From positions 18,210 through 82,209 of the IMG/VR virus record IMGVR_UViG_3300025410_000016: a stretch of DNA of 64,000 nucleotides. One strand, written 5' to 3'. The stretch is from a virus. Both the position numbers and the translations under genes were made by a program. The notes under the pieces were generated by a model. That model saw only the letters and a list, made by a program, of their open reading frames with translations. It searched no databases and had not been told where the DNA came from. This document shows positions 46,837 through 55,953 of this stretch, piece after piece (position 1 is the stretch's first letter; each line of letters opens with the position of its first letter).

Positions 46837-47268
46837 ATGTCTGACAACACCATCACCATCACCGCCAACCTCACCCGAGATCCTGAACTCCGGTTCGCCA
46901 GTGGGTCGGGTAATGCGATTGTCGCATTTGGGATTGCCTACAACGCCAGCAAGAAGGTCGATGGCGAGTGGACGAGCGTCCCCAAGTTCTTCAACTGCAC
47001 GGCGTTCGGTGACTTGGCAGAGAATATCGCCGAGTCGCTGACCAAGGGCATGCGGGTCGTGCTCGCTGGTCATCTTGATTGGAGTCAGTGGGAGACCCAA
47101 GACGGCGAGAAGAAGAGCAAGGTCGAGATCATTGTCGACAGCATCGGTCCCGACCTGAGGTGGGCAACTGCAGCGGTGACGAAGAGGGAGCCGACCAAGC
47201 GTGAGGGTTCGAGTCGTGGCGCTAGCCGCAGTTCGGCTCGCACTGAGTATGAGGAAGATCCCTTCTAG
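46837..47268 (+). CDS. ssb: single-stranded DNA-binding protein
   Basis: ANLTRDPELRF, LAENIAESLTKGMRV, IGPDLRW, acidic tail EEDPF. Confidence 0.95.
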   Translation: MSDNTITITANLTRDPELRFASGSGNAIVAFGIAYNASKKVDGEWTSVPKFFNCTAFGDLAENIAESLTKGMRVVLAGHLDWSQWETQDGEKKSKVEIIVDSIGPDLRWATAAVTKREPTKREGSSRGASRSSARTEYEEDPF

Positions 47269-47597
47269 TGGCATCGGACCTCGAAGAGACATTGGCCGGC
47301 CAACTCCGCAAAGCGGGCGAGTCTCGCTTTGAGCGTGAGTTCCGCTTCCATCCAACGAGGCGGTGGCGGTTCGATTTTGCTTGGCCCGGTCATCTCGTCG
47401 CTTGCGAGGTCGAAGGTGGTACGTGGTCGGGTGGTCGTCACACCCGTGGGAAGGGGTATGAGTCCGACTGCGAGAAGTACAACGAGGCTGCGCTGCTCGG
47501 TTGGCTGGTGGTGCGGTTCCCAAGGTCGATGATCTTGGACGGCCGCGCACTCGCCACCGTGCAGCGTGCCCTTGATGTGAGAGAGGGTGAGGCATGA
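47268..47597 (+). CDS. PD-(D/E)XK endonuclease
   Basis: EFRFHPTRRWRFDFAW...EVEGG...RHTR...KYNEA. Confidence 0.8.
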   Translation: MASDLEETLAGQLRKAGESRFEREFRFHPTRRWRFDFAWPGHLVACEVEGGTWSGGRHTRGKGYESDCEKYNEAALLGWLVVRFPRSMILDGRALATVQRALDVREGEA

Positions 47598-47603
47598 GGC
47601 TCG

Positions 47604-47632
47604 TTGTCCTAGGGGTTCGAGCGCTGTACCCT
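47604..47632 (+). promoter_or_regulatory. candidate promoter for replication genes
   Basis: TTGTCC-17 bp-TACCCT. Confidence 0.45.
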
Positions 47633-47660
47633 GCTGAGCAGGTTCCGTGAGGGGAGACTG

Positions 47661-48626
47661 ATGGCGAAGGCTGGAAGATACTACGTCCAACTCGACGTGA
47701 ACTGGTACGACGAATGGGGACACACCGTCTCTACTGACGCAGCGCTGCTTTGGGTTTTAGCATTGGCGGCTTGCAAGAGGATGCACAAAGAGGGTTCGCT
47801 CACCTTGAGTCAACTGCGTCGGGTTGCTCCGGTCGATATGACCGACGAGCGTTTTGCGGCTGCGGTGGAAGAGTTGGGAGCATCGAACCTTGCTCCGATT
47901 GATGTAGACCCTATCGCCCCGAGTCGCCCCGATGTCGGGTCGGGATCGGGGGGCGAGTCGGGTCAGATCGCCCCGAGTCGCCCCGATGATCGGGGGATCA
48001 TTTTGCGTGGTTGGCGGGGCTGGAATGGGGCTCAATCTGACACCTCTAGCGCACAAGAGAGTGGTGCATACGGCAACCACCTGCGTTGGCATGTGAATGG
48101 CGAGAAGTCAAGCCCTGACTGTAGTTTCTGCTCTCAGGATGAAGAGATCGCCCCCGACATCGCCCCGAGTCGCCCCGATATCGGGGGCGAGTCGGGTACG
48201 GGATCGCTTAGAGTAGAGAAGAGTAGAGTAGATATCTCTTGTGTCAATTCGACACCTGCATCCTTTGAAGATGACTTCACTGCATGTTGGGCGCACTACC
48301 CTCGCAAGTATGCTCGCAAGGCTGCGTTCAAGGCGTATGTTGCTCAACGTCGCAAGGGCATCTCCGCAGATCGTCTCCTTGATGCAACCAAGCGCTTCGC
48401 TACTGCGATGCGGCTTGAAGGTCGAGAGGACCAACACGTCATGCACGGCTCGACCTTCTTTGGTCCTTCGGATCGATGGGTCGACTACGACGAAGATCCC
48501 AAGCCCGAACCTTCCGCGGTTGTAGCAGCCGGCGCAGCACCGCTTGGGCTTGAGGATTACCGAGATCAGATGGGCGAGGAGATTGTCTTGAGCGATATGC
48601 GATCTGGTGACAGGGGTGCGGCATGA
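47661..48626 (+). CDS. replication initiator protein (lambda O-like layout)
   Basis: C-terminal F..CWAHYPRK..RKAAFKAY...H..TFF; internal iterons; upstream of helicase. Confidence 0.75.
   Translation: MAKAGRYYVQLDVNWYDEWGHTVSTDAALLWVLALAACKRMHKEGSLTLSQLRRVAPVDMTDERFAAAVEELGASNLAPIDVDPIAPSRPDVGSGSGGESGQIAPSRPDDRGIILRGWRGWNGAQSDTSSAQESGAYGNHLRWHVNGEKSSPDCSFCSQDEEIAPDIAPSRPDIGGESGTGSLRVEKSRVDISCVNSTPASFEDDFTACWAHYPRKYARKAAFKAYVAQRRKGISADRLLDATKRFATAMRLEGREDQHVMHGSTFFGPSDRWVDYDEDPKPEPSAVVAAGAAPLGLEDYRDQMGEEIVLSDMRSGDRGAA
47913..48197. repeat. iterons / probable replication origin
   Basis: ATCGCCCCGAGTCGCCCCGAT exact at 47913, 47967 and 48159; ATCGGGGG(G)CGAGTCGGGT at 47945 and 48180. Confidence 0.8.
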
Positions 48627-49867
48627 CGGTGGTCCCCTCTGACCTCGGGACTGAGCAGGCTCTCCTCGGGGCAATGATGATGAATCGTCAAGCCGTTGAG
48701 GTCATGAGTACTTCACTCGCGTCGAGTGACTTCTACCGCCCGGTTCATGGAGCGATTTTTAGCGCCATCGTTGAACTGCACTCCAAAGGTGAGGTGGTCG
48801 ATGCGATGACCGTCAAAGACCTTTTGACTAAGCAAGGTTTCTCTGAGCATCTTGGCGATGGGTCGATCATGATTGATCTGCTGAACGCCGCTGGCCCGGC
48901 GACGAGTGCTCGTCAGTACGGGCAGATCATCTTGGACCGTTCGTTGCGACGGCGCATGATGCTTGAAGCACAGGAGTTGATCACCCAAGCGACGGACCCG
49001 AGCATTGACGCAGTAGACCTGTTGGAGAATCACCGAACCGTGCTCGCCTCCATGGGCTCGACCATCATCGACAAAGAGCCCGACGACATCAGCGTGCAGG
49101 AGTTCGTGAACCGACCTCGGCAGGTGATTGCTCCGTGGGCCGTGCATGGCCTGATCCGTCGTCGGCACAAGGTCATGGTGGTTGGTGGTGAAGGGGCAGG
49201 TAAGTCTTTTCTGCTTCGCTTCATCGCAATCTGCGCTGCCTACGGGGTTCACCCGTTCCGCCACACCGCCGTTGCTCCGATCCGTACCCTGATCGTGGAC
49301 TTGGAGAATCCCGAGGATGCTCTCTACGACTCCTTCGAGATGATGCTCCGCCAAGCAACCCGTCACGCCGCTACCGATGACCCGGTGAGTCGGCTTTGGT
49401 GGAAGCCGGCGGGGATCAACCTCCGCAACCGTGTCGACGTGGCGGAGTTCGAGAACGTGTTGCGAGTGCGCCGTCCCGACTTGGTCTGCTTGGGTCCGCT
49501 GTACGCCTCGTATGAGAACACCCCCGGTGACTTCGGGTGGGAGAGTGCAGCCCGCGAGGTGCAGACGGTGCTCAAGCGTCTGATGGTCCGCTACGACTTC
49601 GGGCTCTTGATCGAAGACCACGCTCCGCAGGCTGACTCTTCGGGCAAGCGGCAGATGCGCCCCTACGGCTCATCGTTCTGGCGACGCTGGCCAGACATCG
49701 GGATCGGCATGGAGCCAATCGGTGACACCGGTACAGGATTCAGGCTGAGTAGGTGGCGCGGTGACCGTGTGCCGACCGACTGGCCCGACATCATCGAGCG
49801 CGGTTCGATCAGCAACTCGCCGTGGCCGTTCACCGGTCGGTGGGACCCCAAGCCTGGCGATGCTTGA
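48623..49867 (+). CDS. DnaB-like replicative helicase
   Basis: EQALLGAMM...DFYRPVHGAIF N-domain; GGEGAGKS Walker A. Confidence 0.85.
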   Translation: MTVVPSDLGTEQALLGAMMMNRQAVEVMSTSLASSDFYRPVHGAIFSAIVELHSKGEVVDAMTVKDLLTKQGFSEHLGDGSIMIDLLNAAGPATSARQYGQIILDRSLRRRMMLEAQELITQATDPSIDAVDLLENHRTVLASMGSTIIDKEPDDISVQEFVNRPRQVIAPWAVHGLIRRRHKVMVVGGEGAGKSFLLRFIAICAAYGVHPFRHTAVAPIRTLIVDLENPEDALYDSFEMMLRQATRHAATDDPVSRLWWKPAGINLRNRVDVAEFENVLRVRRPDLVCLGPLYASYENTPGDFGWESAAREVQTVLKRLMVRYDFGLLIEDHAPQADSSGKRQMRPYGSSFWRRWPDIGIGMEPIGDTGTGFRLSRWRGDRVPTDWPDIIERGSISNSPWPFTGRWDPKPGDA

Positions 49868-49892
49868 CAGGTGTCGTTAGACCCGCTACGTT
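49864..49892 (+). promoter_or_regulatory. sigmaA-type promoter (near-leaderless)
   Basis: TTGACA-17 bp-TACGTT-8 nt-ATG. Confidence 0.7.
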
Positions 49893-49900
49893 CCTGACCA

Positions 49901-50413
49901 ATGGACCGCAAGCAGCAGAACCAAGCGCTGTCAGATCTCGATGAGTTTGTCGAGTTCGTGGCGCGCCTTGGCGAGCGTCGTAATGACCTAGAGCAAATCA
50001 TCTTGCGTGGTCGTTTCACCTCTGGGATGCGCCGGCGGCGTCGTGGTGACTTTGGAGAGATGGAAGGAACACCTGCTCCTTACTACGCCGACCCCACTGG
50101 TGAAGAGGCGATCTTTGATGAGTTGGCCGACTACACGTCGAAGCAGATCCACACCGCAGTAGTGGCGATAAAAAAAATTACCTCGGTCTGTAAAGACCTT
50201 CTTGATCTGTCGAAGGTCGATGTCAGGGAGCGTGCCGAGCGCACCATCCCTGATTGTTTGGCATGCGGGGATCCTTGTGTGAACCGGGTCATCGCCGGCT
50301 TTGATGACAAGTGCTACAAGCGTTGGCAGAGAGCCGGTCGTCCCGACCGTGCGGAGTTCATTGCTGCGACTCACGCTAAGCAAGTAAAGGCTCCGATTGA
50401 GGATGAAATCTGA
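49901..50413 (+). CDS. hypothetical protein with CxxC (possible regulator)
   Basis: 170 aa, CLACG...CYKRWQRAGRPD. Confidence 0.6.
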   Translation: MDRKQQNQALSDLDEFVEFVARLGERRNDLEQIILRGRFTSGMRRRRRGDFGEMEGTPAPYYADPTGEEAIFDELADYTSKQIHTAVVAIKKITSVCKDLLDLSKVDVRERAERTIPDCLACGDPCVNRVIAGFDDKCYKRWQRAGRPDRAEFIAATHAKQVKAPIEDEI

Positions 50414-50697
50414 TGTCTACCTCCGCCGTTCATACAATGCCGGTGGAGGAGTCTGACATTCGGCACCTCTTTGGAGGTTCCGTAATGGGCGAACATGCCG
50501 TCTGTCTTGTGTGTTATGAAGACTGGTGCGAGCCGGGAAAGCACGCATGTAGATCATGCTTGATGAGTCAAAGCATGCGGCTTGGCATGACGACCAAAAA
50601 CGTTCGACCCTCCGTCCGTCGTGGCTGGTGGGGACCAACTTCTCGGGATGTGAATCCCGAAGACATTGCCAACGGCTTCACGATTAGTGAGGTCTGA
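50413..50697 (+). CDS. small Cys-rich protein
   Basis: CLVC...CRSC. Confidence 0.5.
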   Translation: MSTSAVHTMPVEESDIRHLFGGSVMGEHAVCLVCYEDWCEPGKHACRSCLMSQSMRLGMTTKNVRPSVRRGWWGPTSRDVNPEDIANGFTISEV

Positions 50698-50711
50698 CCA
50701 GTGAGGACATC

Positions 50712-51530
50712 ATGACTGTGAAGCCCGATACGCCCCCCACTGTTTTTCAGTTCGCGCAGTTTGACAACGTTGCGTGGACGAAAGAAGCAGCCGAGACGTT
50801 CAAGGCGCTCTCTGAGGCTAAGGCTGCTGAAGCCAACGCCGCACATCTTGAAGCACTTGCCGCCAAGTTCTCCGCTGAAGCCAAGCGGGTAGAACTTGAG
50901 CAGGCTGAGTTGAAAGTCAAGATTGAGCAAGCCAAGATCAACCGCGACGGTGCGTCAATCATTTTGGGTAAAGCAAAGCGTGAAGAGCGCTTTACCATCG
51001 TGCACGATCTGTATCACCACTCCTACACTTTTGATGTCGAAGTGTCTGAGCGTTCGGTCAAGCAGTGCATCCAAATGCTGACGGCGTGGAGTCGAGATGA
51101 GCCGGGATGCTCGATTGACCTGTACATCAATTCTCCCGGTGGTTCGATCATGGACGGGTTCGCACTCGTGGACTTCTTGATCGACCTCCGTGCCAAGGGG
51201 CACCATGTCCGCACCATTGCTCTTGGCACTGCTGCATCGATGGCTGCGGTGATCTTGCAAGCCGGCGATGAGCGGGTCATGGGGTCGAACGCCTTCTTGC
51301 TGATCCATGAAGGAAGTCTCGGAGTCATCGGATCGTTCGGTGAGGCTCAAGACCAGATTGCCCTGATGACGCTCTTGCAGGAGCGGATCTTCAAGTTGCT
51401 CGAAGATCGGGCGAAGCCAATCAACCCCAAGACCACTTCTGCGTACTTGAAGCGTCAGGCGAAGCGAACTGACTGGTGGCTCGATAGCGACGAGGCGTTG
51501 CGATTGGGTCTCGTCGACAAGGTGCTCTGA
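50712..51530 (+). CDS. clpP: ClpP-like protease with N-terminal coiled coil
   Basis: YINSPGGS, AASMA (catalytic Ser), LIHE, DWWL..EA...GLVD. Confidence 0.85.
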   Translation: MTVKPDTPPTVFQFAQFDNVAWTKEAAETFKALSEAKAAEANAAHLEALAAKFSAEAKRVELEQAELKVKIEQAKINRDGASIILGKAKREERFTIVHDLYHHSYTFDVEVSERSVKQCIQMLTAWSRDEPGCSIDLYINSPGGSIMDGFALVDFLIDLRAKGHHVRTIALGTAASMAAVILQAGDERVMGSNAFLLIHEGSLGVIGSFGEAQDQIALMTLLQERIFKLLEDRAKPINPKTTSAYLKRQAKRTDWWLDSDEALRLGLVDKVL

Positions 51531-51698
51531 TGGAAGAGATCATCTGGGAAGGGGATCGGATGCTTGTCGGCTTTTTGCACGCTATCGAGCGTGCCGAAGA
51601 CGCCGCTGCCAAGTTGACCGCTCCACTTGAAACCGCTCAAGCATGGGCGGCGATTGCCCAAGCCTACGCAACCGTTTTCTAACCAAGGAACTAACGTC

Positions 51699-52466
51699 GT
51701 GAACAAAGTGACGGATCTGCAGGTCGAGCACCTGCCTATTGAAACCCTCCACCTCCACCCGCACAACGCCCGGCAAGGTGACGTTGGAGCCATCTCCCAA
51801 TCCCTTGAAGCCCACGGTCAGTACCGGCCAATCGTGGTACAGAAGTCAACGATGCAGGTTCTTGCCGGTAATCACACTTTGCAGGCTGCGTCCGCTCTGG
51901 GGTGGAAAGAGATCGCCGCGACGATCATCGATGTCGATGACGACCAAGCACTGCGAATCTTGTTGGTGGACAACCGCACCAACGACCTCGCCACTTACGA
52001 TGATGGCGTCCTGATCGACCTCCTTGAATCGTTGGTCAGAAGTGACGCCGGCCTGAGTGGTTCGGGCTTCGATGGTTCAGACCTCGATGAGTTGATCGCC
52101 GCTGGTGAGTTCACCCCAGAGGTAGAAGACGAGCAAGGTGAGCGGGTGGAGCGCAGTAGCCTCCTCGACATTGCCGACATTGCCTACGGGGATCCGAAGC
52201 ACGTCGTTGAGAACGGTGACGTGTACCGCTTGAGCAAGCGACACTACTTGGTCGTGACCCATCCTCATGTCGGATGGAAAAACTTCGTGCCGTTCCTTGA
52301 GGGCAACGCCGTGCTCTGCATCTACCCCGACCTGTACATCACCGGCTGCGATGCTGCCAAGACGACCCCGCTGGTCTTGGTCCAGCCGTCGCACTACTTG
52401 GCCGGCCATCTGCTCGACAAGCACGAGAGTCTGTTTGGTAAAGACTCCGTGGAGAAGTTGACGTGA
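51699..52466 (+). CDS. ParB-like N-terminal domain protein
   Basis: HPHNAR...GQYRPIVV...LAGNHTLQAA...DNRT. Confidence 0.85.
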   Translation: MNKVTDLQVEHLPIETLHLHPHNARQGDVGAISQSLEAHGQYRPIVVQKSTMQVLAGNHTLQAASALGWKEIAATIIDVDDDQALRILLVDNRTNDLATYDDGVLIDLLESLVRSDAGLSGSGFDGSDLDELIAAGEFTPEVEDEQGERVERSSLLDIADIAYGDPKHVVENGDVYRLSKRHYLVVTHPHVGWKNFVPFLEGNAVLCIYPDLYITGCDAAKTTPLVLVQPSHYLAGHLLDKHESLFGKDSVEKLT

Positions 52467-53410
52467 CCAAGAAGAAGAAAAAGGCAACGAGCGGCGGGAG
52501 GTTCGACCGCTCTCAGCACTTCGCCTACTTCACGGCGACCTCCGCAGAGCGGCACTTGAGTAAGGACGCCGCTCACTTGGACATCTTCCCGTACAAACAC
52601 GTCCTCGTCGCAGTGAACGAACTCGACACCCCGAAGTCGCTCGATGCGTTCCGTCGTCTGTTGGACCAGGGCCGGTCGATCCTGCTCGACTCGGGGATCT
52701 TCAACCTCGCCATGACCCACGCTCGGGCACACGATGTCCACATGGACGTGGCACTGAGCCTCGCCCCGAGTGAGATCGACGGCTTCGAGCAGTTGAAGGA
52801 TCTGTACTACCGCATCGTGACCGAGTTCAAGGATCAGGTGTGGGGAGTGATCGAGATGGACCAAGGCGGGGTGGCGAACAAGCCCACCACCCGCGCCATG
52901 ATCGAGAAGGAAACCGGCGTCATCCCCATCCCGGTCTTCCACCCGCTCCTTGATGGGTTGGAGTACTACGAACGTCTGGCGACGGAGTACGACCGGATGT
53001 GTGTCGGCAATCTCGTCCAAGCCCAACCTAACGTTCGGGTGCGGCTGCTCCATGCCGTGTATGAGTTGTCTCGCAAGCACCCTGATGTGTGGCATCACCT
53101 CTTGGGAGTGACTTCAAACCCTAACTCGTTCTCACTGCCGATCTACGGATCGTGTGACTCGTCTTCGTGGCTTGCGCCGGCACGGTGGCCGCAGGGGTGG
53201 AAGGCTCGTGCAGCAGGGCAGACCGTTGGCAGTTACGGCTCTGAGTGGTGGTACACCTCGGACAAGTATGCGAACGCTGGCAGTGAAGATCAAGCAGCCC
53301 CAGAAGTCTCGAACTACTATCGGGGCGACGCAGTCTCGCTCTTGAACGTGTTTACCTTGGAGCGCGCAATCAACGACGAGTGGGAGGCGAGGCAAGAACT
53401 ATGGGCGTGA
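52463..53410 (+). CDS. dpdA: DpdA-like DNA guanine transglycosylase (TGT fold)
   Basis: LLDSG.F, PVFH, HHLLG, SCDSSSW; within que cluster. Confidence 0.75.
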   Translation: MTKKKKKATSGGRFDRSQHFAYFTATSAERHLSKDAAHLDIFPYKHVLVAVNELDTPKSLDAFRRLLDQGRSILLDSGIFNLAMTHARAHDVHMDVALSLAPSEIDGFEQLKDLYYRIVTEFKDQVWGVIEMDQGGVANKPTTRAMIEKETGVIPIPVFHPLLDGLEYYERLATEYDRMCVGNLVQAQPNVRVRLLHAVYELSRKHPDVWHHLLGVTSNPNSFSLPIYGSCDSSSWLAPARWPQGWKARAAGQTVGSYGSEWWYTSDKYANAGSEDQAAPEVSNYYRGDAVSLLNVFTLERAINDEWEARQELWA

Positions 53411-53892
53411 TCCACGATACTTTGGTAAAGATTGGCAATCCCGAGCGGCACTTTGAACTCAACGAAATGCTCTACGGACGCCTCGTTCCTTCCCCTCAAG
53501 AGTCGAAGCAAAAACCTGATGAGGTGAAGACTGCGGTGAAAACTGATGAGGGGTCGTCGTCGGTCTGGGTTACGTTCCAATACGAAGGTTGGCACAACTG
53601 GCCCGATGCACCGGACCATCGCCGCTACCTCGCTTCCCCGCATCGACACATTTTTCATTACCGGGTTGAAGTCCCGGTCACTCACGCAGACCGCCAGATT
53701 GAGTTTCACGACCTGCGGGATGATGTAATTGTGTGTGTCCCAAATGAAAAGCAACTTGGCTCGCAATCTTGCGAACACCTTGCGAAGCGGCTGATCGAGC
53801 GGCTACGTTGGTCGGCGACATACAAAAACCTCCCGTGGATTGAAGTCACGGTGAGTGAAGATGGAGAGAACGGGGCAACGGTTCGTGGTTAG
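53401..53892 (+). CDS. dpdL: QueD paralog, DpdL-type (putative CDG decarboxylase)
   Basis: YLASPHRHIF (LxxxHRHxF), IEFH, SCE, VSEDGENGA. Confidence 0.65.
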   Translation: MGVIHDTLVKIGNPERHFELNEMLYGRLVPSPQESKQKPDEVKTAVKTDEGSSSVWVTFQYEGWHNWPDAPDHRRYLASPHRHIFHYRVEVPVTHADRQIEFHDLRDDVIVCVPNEKQLGSQSCEHLAKRLIERLRWSATYKNLPWIEVTVSEDGENGATVRG

Positions 53893-53956
53893 TGAGATCA
53901 CCAAGTCAAGTGAGGTTGCGACCCCCTGCCACCACAACAGTGGGGAGGCGCGTCAG

Positions 53957-54331
53957 ATGAAGGCAGTCCGCGGCTACTACACGATCTGGAAGCGCTTCCG
54001 CTTCTCCGCCAGCCACCAACTGTTCGGGCTCCCCGAAGGTCACCAGTGCGGAAGGCTGCACGGGCACAACTACGTGGTGGAAGTCGAACTCTCAAGCGAT
54101 GCGCTCGACGCCAACGGGTTCGTGGTGGACTTCGGTGAGTTGAAGCCGATCAAGGAGTTCATCGACGGAGCCTGGGATCACCGTCACCTCAACGACTTCT
54201 TCGATGACTGCAACCCCACCGCAGAGAACATGGCTTGCACGCTGTACTGGATCTGCTTCAACAAGTACCCGCAAATCTCTGCCGTGCGAGTCCAAGAGAC
54301 CGAAACCTCCTGGGCGGAGTACCGACCATGA
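53957..54331 (+). CDS. queD: 6-carboxy-tetrahydropterin synthase
   Basis: FSASH, CGRLHGHNY, VDFG, DHRHLN, PTAEN. Confidence 0.92.
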   Translation: MKAVRGYYTIWKRFRFSASHQLFGLPEGHQCGRLHGHNYVVEVELSSDALDANGFVVDFGELKPIKEFIDGAWDHRHLNDFFDDCNPTAENMACTLYWICFNKYPQISAVRVQETETSWAEYRP

Positions 54332-55035
54332 CCATGATCGCCATCTCCGAGATCTTCGGCCCCACCGTCCAAGGTGAAGGCCCCAACACCGGCAAGCGCT
54401 GTTCGTTCGTCCGCTTCGCCCGGTGCAACCTGTCGTGCTCTTGGTGTGACACTCCTTACACCTGGGACTGGAAGGGCAAGAACGGCAAGGTGTACGACCC
54501 TGCCCTTGAGGTCATCAAGTTACAAGCCTGGCAGATCGAAGGAATTGTCTCTGAGCACGCCACAGATCGAGTGGTCATCACTGGTGGCGAACCCACCGTG
54601 CAGATGACCGGGCTCGTCGGGCTGTGCCAGGAGTTCTACGATCACGGCTATGAAATCGAGATTGAGACCAACGGCACCCACGCCCCGTCTCCGAACCTCG
54701 ACCACTTGGAGATTGCGTGGAACGTGAGCCCGAAGTTAGGCCACGCCGGGGATCCCTACCACTTGAGGATCAACGTCCCGGCACTGAAGGCTCTGCAAGA
54801 GCGTGGAGCCAACTTCAAGTTCGTCTGCGCTAGCCAAGAGGACTTGGACGAGGTGCAGTTGCTCGTCGACTTGATCGGCGCAGACATGGGCCACGTTTGG
54901 ATCATGCCCGAGGGTAAGACCCAAGATGATGTCGAAACCCACTTACAACTACTCGCCGAAGCAGCCATCGCTAGGGGTTGGAACCTGACGACCCGGCTGC
55001 ACGTCAACATCTGGGGAGATCGCCGTGGCGTCTGA
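54328..55035 (+). CDS. queE: 7-carboxy-7-deazaguanine synthase (radical SAM)
   Basis: EIFGPTVQGEG, CNLSCSWCDT, ITGGEP, IETNG, VSPK, RLH. Confidence 0.95.
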   Translation: MTMIAISEIFGPTVQGEGPNTGKRCSFVRFARCNLSCSWCDTPYTWDWKGKNGKVYDPALEVIKLQAWQIEGIVSEHATDRVVITGGEPTVQMTGLVGLCQEFYDHGYEIEIETNGTHAPSPNLDHLEIAWNVSPKLGHAGDPYHLRINVPALKALQERGANFKFVCASQEDLDEVQLLVDLIGADMGHVWIMPEGKTQDDVETHLQLLAEAAIARGWNLTTRLHVNIWGDRRGV

Positions 55036-55927
55036 CCGTGTGATCCCAATCTCTTGGGAGATGATCGAGCAACGAGCAAAAGAGATTGCTCAGTACCAAG
55101 CCGAGAAGGAATGGACCGGGGTCTACGGTATCCCTCGTGGCGGGGTCATGCCGGCCTACTTGGTCGCCAAAGAACTCAACGTGCCGGTTGTGTCAGAACC
55201 AAGCGACGACGTACTGGTGATCGATGATTTGGTTGACAGTGGCAAGACCGCTCGTGACTTCACCCCGACACAATTCGATGCGCTGTACCGCAAGAGCCAT
55301 TCGCCCGCTCAGTATGCTTCTTCCGCCCCGGTCCTTGACGGCTGGTTGGTCTTCCCGTGGGAGAAGGAGACGAGTGGACCAGAAGATTCCATCTCCCGGC
55401 TTCTTGAGTTCATTGGTGAAGACCCCAACCGAGAAGGATTGCTGAACACTCCCAAGCGAGTGGTCAAAGCCTTCGCTGAGATGACCGGTGGCTACAAGAT
55501 CAATCCACTTGACGATCTTGGGGTGACGTTCAATGAAGATGTTGATCAGATGGTCGTGCTGTCGAACATCCACTTCGACTCTCTGTGTGAACATCACATG
55601 CTCCCGTTCTCAGGAGTAGCGACGGTCGGGTACATCCCCAACGGTTGCATCGTTGGACTGTCGAAGTTGGCGAGGGTGGTTGAAGCCTTCAGTCGTCGCC
55701 TTCAGGTGCAGGAGCGCTTGACAGATCAGATCGCTGATGCGATCAACGACGCACTGAACCCCAAGGGGGTTGGTGTTGTAGTGACCGGACACCACTCGTG
55801 CATGTCGCTTCGTGGTATTCGCAAGGCAAATGCCCAGATGACCACGTCTGCATTGAGGGGCTACATGAAGGATGATGGAACGGTGCGGGCCGAGTTCATG
55901 GCGCTGCACCGGGCGGATCTCCTGTAA
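55025..55927 (+). CDS. folE: purine phosphoribosyltransferase-GTP cyclohydrolase I fusion
   Basis: N-term GIPRGG, VIDDLVDSGKT, WLVFPWE; C-term REGLLNTPKRV, SLCEHHMLPF, GLSKLAR, QVQERLT, CMSLRG. Confidence 0.92.
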   Translation: MASDRVIPISWEMIEQRAKEIAQYQAEKEWTGVYGIPRGGVMPAYLVAKELNVPVVSEPSDDVLVIDDLVDSGKTARDFTPTQFDALYRKSHSPAQYASSAPVLDGWLVFPWEKETSGPEDSISRLLEFIGEDPNREGLLNTPKRVVKAFAEMTGGYKINPLDDLGVTFNEDVDQMVVLSNIHFDSLCEHHMLPFSGVATVGYIPNGCIVGLSKLARVVEAFSRRLQVQERLTDQIADAINDALNPKGVGVVVTGHHSCMSLRGIRKANAQMTTSALRGYMKDDGTVRAEFMALHRADLL

Positions 55928-55953
55928 CCAACCGATTTTGACGGAGAGGCGTC

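Noticed and set aside
47913-48197. Spaced 21-bp repeats as a CRISPR array
   Set aside because: Only three copies, irregular spacing, in frame inside a replication gene, no cas operon; they fit iterons.
52463-53410. tRNA-guanine transglycosylase for queuosine tRNA modification
   Set aside because: Lacks the bacterial TGT Zn site, and its ParB/terminase context fits DNA-acting DpdA.
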